64,000 bases of DNA from Laetmonice hystrix (Eukaryota). The first letter of the stretch is position 1. The number at the start of each line of letters is the position of its first letter. The position numbers and the translations under genes were made by a program. Positions 27,001 through 36,694 of the stretch are shown here, in pieces. The DNA is taken from assembly GCA_965235115.1 (NCBI GenBank), contig OZ249445.1, forward strand, positions 18,476,001-18,540,000, in the 5' to 3' direction. The notes under the pieces are model-generated. The model was not told the origin of the DNA. It did no database searches and saw only the letters and a list, made by a program, of their open reading frames with translations.

Positions 27001-30000
27001 GCATGTACGTGTTTGTGAAGTCCATGACATGTTTCATCAACATCATATGGTGTGTATTGTTACATGGATCTATGCACAGAACACCAGTTTTTGATGAGCA
27101 CCACATCCCTACATCTCCTACTGTGCCGCAGCTGATACTGAATTGTGTGCTACATTAGGGTCGCTCGTGCTTTCTGAAGAAATGAGTTTAAAATAGATGT
27201 TAGGTGAATTGGCTTTAGTAGGTTAGGTAGGTCGTGAACATATGGAATGGATCCTTTGTATTGCCAACCTGGGGGGCAGAAAATGACCATTGAACGATAG
27301 CTTTCCAGCTGAAGATGTCATTTCTTTTTTGAAATGAGCAGGTTTTTTGGGTACCTCTTTGGAATGCCTTTTAAAGAAAGATTAATCTGTACGAATCTAC
27401 CATGAGGCCCATTCTCCTTTTGAGGGAATACTGTAAGTAAGTATTTGATTTGGGGAGACAGTATGTATAGCATCCCCTTTTTTTAAAAGGCGACAGCCTC
27501 ATATGCATGCAGGTCCGCTAGTTAGCTGGAAGTTGAAGTAGATACCTCGTATGTGTTAATATTCTAAAACAAGTACTGTCAAACGTTGAGATAATCATAA
27601 GATATCCCAGGACTACCATATTTTGAGGAAGCCTGGTTGAAGATGGTACACTAGTATTTTACTTTAGCCAATGCCTTAAGTTTAAATGAAGCTTTTGTAA
27701 CTAACAACGACTAACGTTCGATGTAAGACGTGGTGACACAGGCAACATTAAAGTCATAAATGTGTCATCATGTACTTCATAAAGAAGCACAGTGTCCCTG
27801 CAAGGAAGCAACATAATATGCTGTATTAAACGAGGTGCTGGGCATGTAACATCTGAAGTACTTAGTGATTGTTGCAAGACGCCTGTATGTAGTGTATTAT
27901 AGTGTATAACACTATAGATATCGTGTGTGGTATAATGTTCTCATATTAATCACATGTTCTTAACCTCTCTGCTTTAGTGCTCTACTCTACCTGAATGGAG
28001 ATTTTGAAGGAGGAGATTTCTTCTTTGCGCACAGAAATCTTTCTGTCCATGTGAGTAACCTTACACGTTAACATCCTAAGTACAGAACATTGAAAAAAAA
28101 GATAATACTAGTTACATATTTCTCTTTCCAATTATACCAAGAAACTATGATTCCGGTCACTAATGATCGAACAGCATGTTGTAAGACAACGTGTCTGAGG
28201 CGCCCTTGTCTATTTATATCCGTTTGGTTTCCAGAAAAAACTCCACCCCAAGTGTGGCCGGATGGTAGCGTTTGAGGCTGGCCATTACCACGGAGTGGAG
28301 GCAGTGAAGAAGGGACGAAGGTGTGCCGTGGCCCTGTGGTTCACACTGAGTGAATATGATGCTGAAACCAACCGTCGCGAGGCAGAGTCGATCCTTCGCA
28401 GTTTGAGCGTCATGAAAAAGTGGGTTGTTGCCCACCGTGGTTTTATATAGGCCTAGATCATAATGTATGGCAGGAATGTGCTAACTTCAGCAGTGACCAG
28501 GCTTGATATTGTGGATTTTAGTCAGAGCTTTAAAAGTTGTAAAAATAAGGAAGACATGTATGAGTCAGTTCGTAGTTTCTTTTTGACAGTGTGGTTTGTA
28601 CACAGTAATTTGCGGTATGGCAATGCTAATGCAGACTGCCATTCAACTACCGTACTTTTATAAAAAGTCGAAATTTTCGAAAGAACGGGTAACTAACTGA
28701 GCCTCGTGTTTATTATCAGTAGCCATTCCACCATCTCAGTGCTTCAATACGGGTGTTTGTGTTTAAAGGATGGAAAATGATCTCCTTCGTAATCTACTGG
28801 AGAAACATGACATCCGCATCATTAGAACGGAGAATGAGCTCGATGGGCCGGAGAGGTTCGCAGCTGATGGCCTCGTGACCAAATCAGAGTGTGACAAACT
28901 CATCCAGCTTGCAAATGTAAGTTACGAAATTATGCGAGTCTGGTTTAAACAAAAGTACTTATGGTATTTTGATTTAAGGGGTAAAGGGAGTTTGGAGTCG
29001 AGGAAATAACGGATCGCTATTGCTAGAATAGATTATTACTTGTGATGTCTTGTGTACTGATATAGTGTGTTGGCTTTGTCTGTTTGAAATTCGTTATTAT
29101 GGCCAAGGATAATATACCTACATTATCCTTGTTATGGTTTTGAAGTGTTGATGTTAGCAAGGCCCAACGTTAAATGTTCTGACTGAGGTATCACTGAACA
29201 GTGAATCATACCTCAATGTCCTTTCTTGTCTTCTGCGTCTTACACATCTTAATAATAACCACTGTTCCCGTGGGCCCCGAGTTATATGATGTAGTCCAGT
29301 ATGTAGTACAGTAATACAGTGTAGTACGTTGACATATTGCTAATGTCAGGAGGGCGGCCAGGTCGGGGATGGCTATATGTCAACAAGAACATCACAGCAA
29401 CTGTCACCTCACACTCGCCACGAAAAGTTCGCCGCTCTCACCGTCAAGAAGGCCGCCGAGGTCAGGCGCCACTAGATGGCAGCACTTTGATCTTTTTCAG
29501 TGTAACCAATCATCACTAGGGGGCAGCACCTAACCACACGTGCACTGTTTACGTCTGCTTGTTTATCGGGTGTGTTGCTGTTTCAGCCGTTTGCTATTTA
29601 CTGACCCTGATCGGTGTTGGTTGACCTGACAACATTCCTCCGTCGAAACCGAAAACTCTACGAAATCACACAGCTGTTATGTGTGATTGAAATAGAGAAG
29701 AAAATGATAAAATGAGAGATATCACTTCAACCACAACTCAACCCGCATTGAGCCCTTGCAGTCTGTCAGACTGTTCAAGTGATCGGCAGTGATGTTTTGT
29801 AGAGTGGAGTGATATTTCTACACCCCAGTTTTAGTACATTGATGTTGTGGTTATTAGTGCTGACGGGTTTTCTTTCAGTTGGGTGGCGGTGCTATGTCTT
29901 GACACCTGTAACACGTTTACCTAGATGTAGATAGTACTACAGTATAACAGGAGGAAGTTCCAGTCGGACACAAGTATTGGTTTGATGGATGTTGGCTCAA

Positions 30001-33000
30001 AACTCTCTTTATCCATTCCTACTTCACAAGGTCTTTGGTTCTGTGCTCTTTCTACTTCAGGAAGCCTCTAGTTCTGCCCTTTCAGACATGTACAGGTAAA
30101 ACGGATCAAGTCTACTTGAATATACTTGCAAGGTTCTTGTTTTGAAATAGAAAAGGAAACTGATTTTTATTTGGGTCAATTATTTGGCCTAAGTTCTTGT
30201 TACGGAAAAAATTATTATAGTAATAACTAGAGATAAAATGTCATGAAAAGTTTGAAAGGCAGCAAGGACCTTGCTTGTATTTGCTAGTGTAGACTCAGTG
30301 ATCATACAATATTTTATGAAGGTATCCCTGCAAGATTATTAACACTGTACATTGTAAGGATACATCAAACTGGAAACTGTGTTAGCTAGAGGGTGATTTA
30401 ACATTTTATTTCCCATATGTAAGTGTTAAAAAAGTCATTGGAAGTATTATGTTTGAAATTGAAACTAGAGGTTGCTGAAAACACCTGATGTCTCTAAAGC
30501 TGACACATTTTCAGTGATCATTATAAATAATTGTTCCTACCTGACTCGAACCTTAGGATGGGTGTAAGCAAGTAGCGTGGAAGCTCAGCCCGGCTGACTT
30601 GATAAGGTAACACCTTGTACAATAACTGTGTAACGGGAGTCAAGGATACGCAACTCTTAGTCTGGTGTGGTTGTGTTTGCTCCCGACCAGGCTGGTGGAT
30701 TAGAAGGTGATGGGTATAAGACGAAAGGCAAGCAAGGATCACCTCATACAAGTCACGAAATGTTTGAGGGTCTAACAATCATCAGGGCTACCCAGGTTGG
30801 TCATGCATGGACCCCCTTCCTCCACTGCCACCCCGCATCCATAACACCCCAACCACCCGTCCCTCTTAGACACTTCATGTTAAAATGTTCACTCTAGTAT
30901 TAAGTTTCTTGGGTTGCTTCATGTTTATAATGTCTTAGTATGGGGTGCTTGATATTTTCCTTGAAATTATATCGAATTCTGTATTTTAGAAGTTTGGTTC
31001 TTAAAATAAAAGCAGGTACTGTAAATAATTCTATGAACCCCAGGAAAGAATGAAATACTGATGGCGACCTGTTTATATGTTTGTATATGTCGTCATAGTA
31101 TAGATCATTATATGCTATTAAAGTATTCTAAATTAGCTAATCTTAATAGGCTGATAGGTATCAGCGTTGTTAATATAATAACCATGTGACTATTCGTAGC
31201 CATTTACAACGCCCCTCTTTCTAGTTAGTTAGTTTTAATTGATAGAGCAACTTAATATAAGCTTTAGAGATACTGTATTGATCGTGAACAATATGTGTTG
31301 TAAAGATATCTTTTAGCTCGCTAGTATATGCTTTAGATAGAATATATAGTTATGGGAGTAGTTGGATAGGTTGTAAACCGTCCATGTCTCATAACACAGA
31401 AGGTAACGAGGATCGGACAGTCATACAGATATTCTAGTAATTAAACATAAAGTCTTTCTACATGATGAATCACAAGACGTTTTTTACGTTTGTACCCGAA
31501 CAGTTTACTGCGTGTGTAGGTCAAAGGTCTAGAATTTAGCATTTGAGAAATGACCAAAAAATATATATACGGGAAATATGAATCATTTAATAAGTGGCAT
31601 AAAATTGGACTTGACATAGTAATGGAATGCATACTGAATGCGTTGTTGACTGAAGACGGCCATGTACGATTACAGTTGGCTGCAGCAGGTAAAGTTGACG
31701 TGGAAGCCGTCGAGTTATATCTGGAGATAGCCGAGAAAGGGCGCCATCTGACGGCGACCTACTTTAACCTGAAGACTCCACTCTACTTTGATTTCACACA
31801 TCTCGTCTGCCGTACAGCACTAGGGGGTAAGTTGGTACCTGCAGTAAACGGTTCGCTGCTATCAAGTTCTCTCTTAAAATAAATGCCAGGAATGAAGAGG
31901 GATGGTGCATGGTCGTGGAGTCAACGTAAAGAAAAAAACAATGCTTCTAGTGAAGGTATTCAGAGGGAAAGTTTAGGTGAGGAAAGATTTTAGGTCCCAA
32001 ATCATTGAGATATTATATGGTTTGCAGTGCCGGGGGTATTTGACATTGGCGTAGATAGGATATGTTTAAAAGTTTGATGGAGGTAGTGTAGAAGTGTTAA
32101 CTGTTTAGAGATATTATATAGTTTGCAGTGCCGGGGGTATTTGACACTGGCGTAGATAGGATATGTTTAACAGATTGATGGAGGTAGTGTAGAAGTGTTA
32201 ACTGTTTAGAGATATTATATAGTTTGCAGTGCCGGGGGTATTTGACACTGGCGTAGATAGGATATGTTTAAAATTTTGATGGAGGTAGTGTAGAAGTGTT
32301 AACTGTTTAGAGATGTGACTTATCGTTGTTTGAATGATTCAGACGAAGGGACCCTGAGAACTGACCTCAGTCACCCAGTACACTCTGACAACTGTATACT
32401 ACAGAACGACGGCACCTGTCTCCGACAGGCCCCAGCCTACGTCCAGCGGGACTACAGGTACACGGCCATAACTTCTGGCTTAAGTTTGGGGAAACTGGCC
32501 ACAGAGCTCTTGGTAACAGTTCACATAAGGTGGAAAACCCCTTCAAGCTGATAATTTTCTAACACTTTTTCTTGATGTCATATAGAGTCAATAAGCACTA
32601 GTCAAGTAAAGATGAAAGTTCACCCCAAAAATTGTCGTGTGTTTCAGTGCTATCATCTACCTAAACGGAGACTTCAGGGGTGGAGAATTTTTCTTTGCAC
32701 ATCCTAATCGGACAGTTCAGGTGAGAAAGCTAAGCCAATCGAATGGAATTCTATGACTCTTGTGGATACGCTATATTTGAGACATTTATTGTTGGTCCAC
32801 TCCAGACCATGAAATGTTTCAACTGTGTTGAAGCTGTCATATTTTGTTGATGTGAAAAATGTAGCCCTACTTGCCCTTGCACAAATACCAAACATCGGAT
32901 TAGTTTGTAAGATTGGTGTCCTGTGATGACCAAGCTGCGATCAAACAATAGTGAAATATCACTAGTGGTGATCTTATTCTGGCAATTTCTGCTTATAGTC

Positions 33001-36000
33001 TGTACATGTTATATTTGATTGCATACTGGTACCGTACTTATAATATTGCACGAGGAATGCATTGCCTGGCACTATAGGATTTCATTGATTGAAGCAAGGA
33101 CTTTTAGATTGATTATAAGATAGCATGTGGATGATTTGCATGCCTTTTTTTTATAAGTGTTGGAGTTTATATGTCAATTGAATTGACATGGATCAAATAT
33201 ATACATTTTTAAACGAAAAGGTTGGGTTGAAATCTTGAATAATTGCATGGTGGGATACCATATTCGTTGTTTATGAATGCTAAACCGGGGAAGTACAGAC
33301 GTTGACAAAAACTTCAGTCAAGTCCAGACTGACATCTGACAGTGTCAACGTTTCCAACCGTCGGCTCCCTCTGGTTGGTTTTTATTTTGTGCCGTTGTAT
33401 CACACTGTGAGGGGTTACAAAAGTTACAATCCAGCCTGAATTCACTGACATGCGAACGGTGGTGAGGAGGCGAGGTGGATTGGGATGTGTATGACCAACT
33501 AGTCTCCATTTACAGACCATCCTGAAGCCGTACCGTGGCCTCATAGTGTCGTTTGAGGCGGGCAACTTACATGGTGTGTTACCAGTCCTGTCTGGCCAGC
33601 GTTGTGCCGTCACGGCCTGGTATACTCTCAACCCGAACTTTAACGAGGCAAACTGGTCGCATGCCTTAAAGGTTCTCAGCGACATTAAACGACTGAAGGC
33701 GACAACACGAACCTACGCTCATAGCGAGCTATAGGGTTCAGCCGGCTCAACATCGCGGCAAGTGTACCCCAGTCGTACTGACTCAAAGGATTCCATTCAC
33801 CCATCAATGCTTCTGGTCACTGCTAGTTACATATTGTACATTTGGTGATTTTCAAAAGAGGGTCACAGCAGTTTCTATTGCAGCTAGTAATAGTATTTAC
33901 CAGATTCAGAATTTCTGCCTTAAATCCTGAAACAATCTTGGACGGGTTTTTCAAAACTGAAGTTCTTGATTAAGTTTAAACTTGACGCTTCTGATTGGCT
34001 GGTTGCTTAGATCAACCAATCAAAAGCGTTAAAGGTAAGCTTAAGAAGGAACTTAGGTTTAAAAACCCGGGACCATGATCAATGGACAGCTGATGTATTC
34101 TCCATGTATTGATGAATATCTCAGTCTGTTACACATTTGGCCCACCTAATTAAGAAAATTAGAGAATGATGCCAGCCCGTGGTGCATCAAGTTTATATGG
34201 CCCCGCTGGTTGTAAATATAAAGCCATATTTATCACCAAGTATATGATGTACCGCAGCGTCACAAGTAATGCTAATTTCCACGCCTTCGACTTAGCTCGA
34301 CTGACAATTATCCAGCTAAGACTAGATAAGTTTCCTGTGGCCCTGGCTATGGACGCTAACACTTATAATTATTTTTATTTAGATAATTGCAGTACTGGCT
34401 TACGACCTTTTATCACTGAGAGCAGTGACACATTGTCTTAGAGTAGTGTGAAGTCTTAGTATCTTAGTTTGCTAGGAAAAGGATTCATTTTGCGCAACAG
34501 CTGTGACGGATATGACTCTTACATGAGGGGAAAACTTGAAGAAACAAGATGCTAATAGGGTGTGCAAGTGGGACAAGAAAAAACATGAGAAAACACGAGA
34601 ACAGCCGGGTTTGGTCCTAACGTCATCATAATCTCGCCACTTTACCATTGCGAATCCCATAGGAGCCCTCAACTTTTAAATACATGTATTATTATTTCCT
34701 GTTTTACGTATGAAAGAATACTTTTCCTTTTTTAGATGTCAAAATTGACAAAAATCTGGTCGATGTTTGATGTTTTCTCATCCTATGTTAAACCAATTTA
34801 AAAATTGTGACGTAACAATCGTTTAGGGACCAAAGTGACGCGTTTCGAGGCTATTTCTGCTCATTTACATGTCAAGGAGGACCTGTGTTTGATATCCAGT
34901 AACTTGGACTCTATCTTACTTGGTGAAATCTGTATTTAGTCTCTTTGAGAAGGAAAGGTAGACCTGCTGCTGATACTTGTATCAATATACTAGCGCCTCG
35001 GGTGAGGATAGAATGCATCTATGTTACGAGGTCTTTCAACAGAGAAGAACCCTATTGGTCGAGAGACCGTAGAAGAAAACATTAGGGAGAGACATGCATT
35101 CACTTCGCTGCGTTTTGCTATATGCTAGTGGAATTTAACCCTGAATGCAGCACTTTATGAAGAATCGTGCCCCAGACCGACCATCACTGTCATTTAAATG
35201 AAAGGGAATCTTGTCCAGAATGATTGAAGGGAACACTGTTGCATGCCCCTTAGAAAGGTTACTAACGTCACTGTAATACATACAAGCACCGGAACCCAAG
35301 TTCCGGAGGCAATAGGAGCATGCATACCTACACCATCCCCTCACCCACAATGCTTAACTAGATATAAGTACTTCCATGCTGCCTTGTTCTTTTATCGAAA
35401 GGAATTTCCGTGGCGTATATATTATATATAAAATTCGCCATGTGTTGCTGTTTAAGGAATGTGTATAGCTCATGTTTTAGAAGAAAAAGGAGGGGTGTCA
35501 CGTCAGTGGCCCAGTGTTCAACACTGGTTTCTACTTACAGCCCGCCTAAGATTGTCCCGCATTACCCCTGTTCTACTAAACAGCCTGAAGGGCTTTGATA
35601 AGTTTGTTGATCTCTGAGCATTGCGTGCATTCGTTAGCATGGCATAATAATGGCATGACCAATGATAATCGTGAGATGGTATTTAGCCTGCTCTGACTTC
35701 GTTTGGAATAAGTCGGTAATAATGGCCAGTTTAATCTCGGAGGAATTAAGCTATGAGTATAAGTACAGCTTCAAGGTACTTAAATATAATGCTGTGCATC
35801 GTGCGACATCTTGAATATGTTTATCATGTTCTACGGAATATGGAAAGGCCTACAGTGGCAATAAATAAATGGGCTGAGTGGTGTGTTTTTAATGCAAGTA
35901 CAGCACCTAATTCGGATCATGTTCACCAATATTCAGGTAATGGTAATCATTATTTCCAAGTGCTTGTCTCACGACACTAAGAATCTCATTGGTCAGAGCG

Positions 36001-36694
36001 TTAACAAAACATGATGTTGTGGCGCCAGGCCCCCGGTTTCAGAAAGGGTCGAAGCAGCAAGCTTGAAGTTAAGCAGTGCTACGGTGGCCCACGAGGACAA
36101 CATACACTTTGATTTTCATGGATATTTTCATGGCAGTGGAAATATCAGGGCGGTGAAAATATTGCCACCATGGTTAAATTATTATCACTGTGAAAATATC
36201 GATGAAAATCAATCTAGAAAGTTAGAAACACTAAAGGTATATATGTCCTTATGGGCTGCTGTAGCTCTGCTCAGCTTAAGCTTGCTGCTTAGATCCTTTC
36301 TGAAACTAGGGCCAGGAGACGAAATACATCAGTGCATGATCCTACAGCGTGTACACCCAGCTTGTTTAGCTCTGTTTTGTTGGCATATAACTCTTGGCTC
36401 CTTAGGTTCCATGAAAGTTCTAGGAGGAGACTTACTTCATAGTTACCATTATATTAACTTCAATGTTATGTTTGTTTCTTTTTTCAGAATGAGTTGAAGC
36501 CCAAAGCTGGGATGATGGTAAGCTTCAATGCCAGTAACCTACATGGGGTGAAGGCCGTCAAGAAGGGCCAGCGGTGTGCTATTGCTCTGTGGTTTACTTT
36601 GAATAAGAAATTTAAAGAGAGAGCACATTTAATTGCCAAGAAGGTGGTAGAGGACGTGAGGGAGCGACGCCGTCATCGGCACAGTGAACTGTGA
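23835..36694 (+). CDS. P3H: Prolyl 3-hydroxylase (P3H/leprecan family), multi-exon gene encoding two tandem 2OG-Fe(II) dioxygenase domains with C-terminal HSEL (about 545 aa plus an unlocated signal-peptide exon)
   Basis: Exons translate to P3H hallmark motifs twice (GDGY..SPHT.HEKFEG, PLYF..THLVCRTAL, SHP(I/V)HxDNC, RD(F/Y)SA..YLNGDF.GG, HGV.AV..G.RCA..LWFTL), with GT-AG boundaries and consistent phases. The two domains have matching exon sizes (151, 115, 73 bp). Confidence 0.9.
24306..24407 (+). CDS. P3H: P3H domain 1, exon B1 (VGASQGDGYMNSKARSPHTTHEKFEGITVVKAAQ)
   Basis: TCTAG| ... |GTGAGT, 102 bp, phase 0-0. Confidence 0.92.
24556..24706 (+). CDS. P3H: P3H domain 1, exon C1 (LAREG...TPLYFHYTHLVCRTALD)
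   Basis: TGTAG| ... |GTAAGT, 151 bp, phase 0-1. Confidence 0.92.
25856..26195. mobile_element. MITE with 13-bp TIRs (AGGTGCTATTCGT) and TTAA TSD, Kolobok-like
   Basis: TTAA|AGGTGCTATTCGT ... ACGAATAGCACCT|TTAA; internal perfect palindrome TATCTCGGTGCGCACCGAGATA. Superfamily inferred from the TTAA TSD and purine termini. Confidence 0.7.
26370..26484 (+). CDS. P3H: P3H domain 1, exon D1 with the HAD iron-binding motif (GQNLRKDLSHPIHADNCILNRESGTCLRRAPAYTERDF)
   Basis: TACCAG| ... |GTAGCC, 115 bp, phase 1-2. Confidence 0.93.
26553..26649 (+). CDS. Candidate alternative exon D1' (EKEDPGNCFADTEGQVLCFDPETVKIDTEGDMS), diverged exon-D copy lacking HxD
   Basis: CTGACAG| ... |GTGAGT, 97 bp, same phases (1-2) as D1, open in frame, and shares the NC..C..TE.D.S pattern with D1. 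Confidence 0.5.
27978..28050 (+). CDS. P3H: P3H domain 1, exon E1 (SALLYLNGDFEGGDFFFAHRNLSVH)
   Basis: CTTTAG| ... |GTGAGT, 73 bp, phase 2-0. Confidence 0.93.
28235..28419 (+). CDS. P3H: P3H domain 1, exon F1 (KKLHPKCGRMVAFEAGHYHGVEAVKKGRRCAVALWFTL...SVMKK); read-through would stop at 28450
   Basis: TTCCAG| acceptor; an internal donor |GTGGGT at 28420 joins exon A2 in frame (AA|G = Lys). Confidence 0.88.
28769..28916 (+). CDS. P3H: P3H domain 2, exon A2 (MENDLLRNLLEK...RFAADGLVTKSECDKLIQLAN)
   Basis: TTTAAAG| ... |GTAAGT, 148 bp, phase 2-0; homologous to A1. Confidence 0.88.
29350..29460 (+). CDS. P3H: P3H domain 2, alternative exon B2 (EGGQVGDGYMSTRTSQQLSPHTRHEKFAALTVKKAAE)
   Basis: GTCAG| ... 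|GTCAGG, 111 bp, phase 0-0; carries the GDGY..SPHT.HEKF motif. Confidence 0.8.
29469..29529 (+). promoter_or_regulatory. Pair of CTCF-like motifs (CCACTAGATGGCAGCAC, CACTAGGGGGCAGCAC) flanking a CCAAT box
   Basis: Close match to the CTCF core consensus; lies 8 bp after the exon B2 donor. Confidence 0.5.
30691..30795 (+). CDS. P3H: P3H domain 2, alternative exon B3 (AGGLEGDGYKTKGKQGSPHTSHEMFEGLTIIRATQ)
   Basis: ACCAG| ... |GTTGGT, 105 bp, phase 0-0. Confidence 0.85.
31676..31826 (+). CDS. P3H: P3H domain 2, exon C2 (LAAAGKVD...TPLYFDFTHLVCRTALG)
   Basis: TTACAG| ... |GTAAGT, 151 bp, phase 0-1. Confidence 0.92.
32007..32314. repeat. Intronic tandem repeat, 101-bp unit, 3 copies
   Basis: GAGATATTAT starts at 32007, 32108 and 32209. 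Confidence 0.9.
32343..32457 (+). CDS. P3H: P3H domain 2, exon D2 with the HSD motif (DEGTLRTDLSHPVHSDNCILQNDGTCLRQAPAYVQRDY)
   Basis: TTCAG| ... |GTACAC, 115 bp, phase 1-2. Confidence 0.93.
32648..32720 (+). CDS. P3H: P3H domain 2, exon E2 (SAIIYLNGDFRGGEFFFAHPNRTVQ)
   Basis: TTTCAG| ... |GTGAGA, 73 bp, phase 2-0. Confidence 0.93.
33516..33734 (+). CDS. P3H: P3H domain 2, alternative terminal exon F2 (TILKPYRG...LHGVLPVLSGQRCAVTAWYTL...TYAHSEL*)
   Basis: TTACAG| acceptor, phase 0; distal His and 2OG-binding Arg present; ends in HSEL. Confidence 0.85.
   Translation, partial: TILKPYRGLIVSFEAGNLHGVLPVLSGQRCAVTAWYTLNPNFNEANWSHALKVLSDIKRLKATTRTYAHSEL
33943..34069. mobile_element. Degenerate hairpin MITE (PIF/Harbinger-like termini CGGGTTTTT...AAAAACCCG)
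   Basis: Arms of about 57 bp are imperfect reverse complements around a short loop. Confidence 0.55.
36029..36312. mobile_element. MITE with about 55-bp TIRs and a possible CAG TSD (PIF/Harbinger-like)
   Basis: GCCCCCGGTTTCAGAAAGGGTCGAAGCAGCAAGCTTGAAG... pairs with ...CTTAAGCTTGCTGCTTAGATCCTTTCTGAAACTAGGGC; CAG flanks both sides. Confidence 0.7.
36488..36694 (+). CDS. P3H: P3H domain 2, alternative terminal exon F3 (NELKPKAG...LHGVKAVKKGQRCAIALWFTL...RRRHRHSEL*)
   Basis: TTTCAG| acceptor, phase 0; near-canonical P3H motif HGVKAV..GQRCAIALWFTL; ends in HSEL. Confidence 0.9.
   Translation, partial: NELKPKAGMMVSFNASNLHGVKAVKKGQRCAIALWFTLNKKFKERAHLIAKKVVEDVRERRRHRHSEL

Noticed and set aside
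30061-30095. 35-nt segment with good AG/GT boundaries between exons B2 and B3
   Set aside because: Not a multiple of 3 and no P3H similarity; would frameshift the model.
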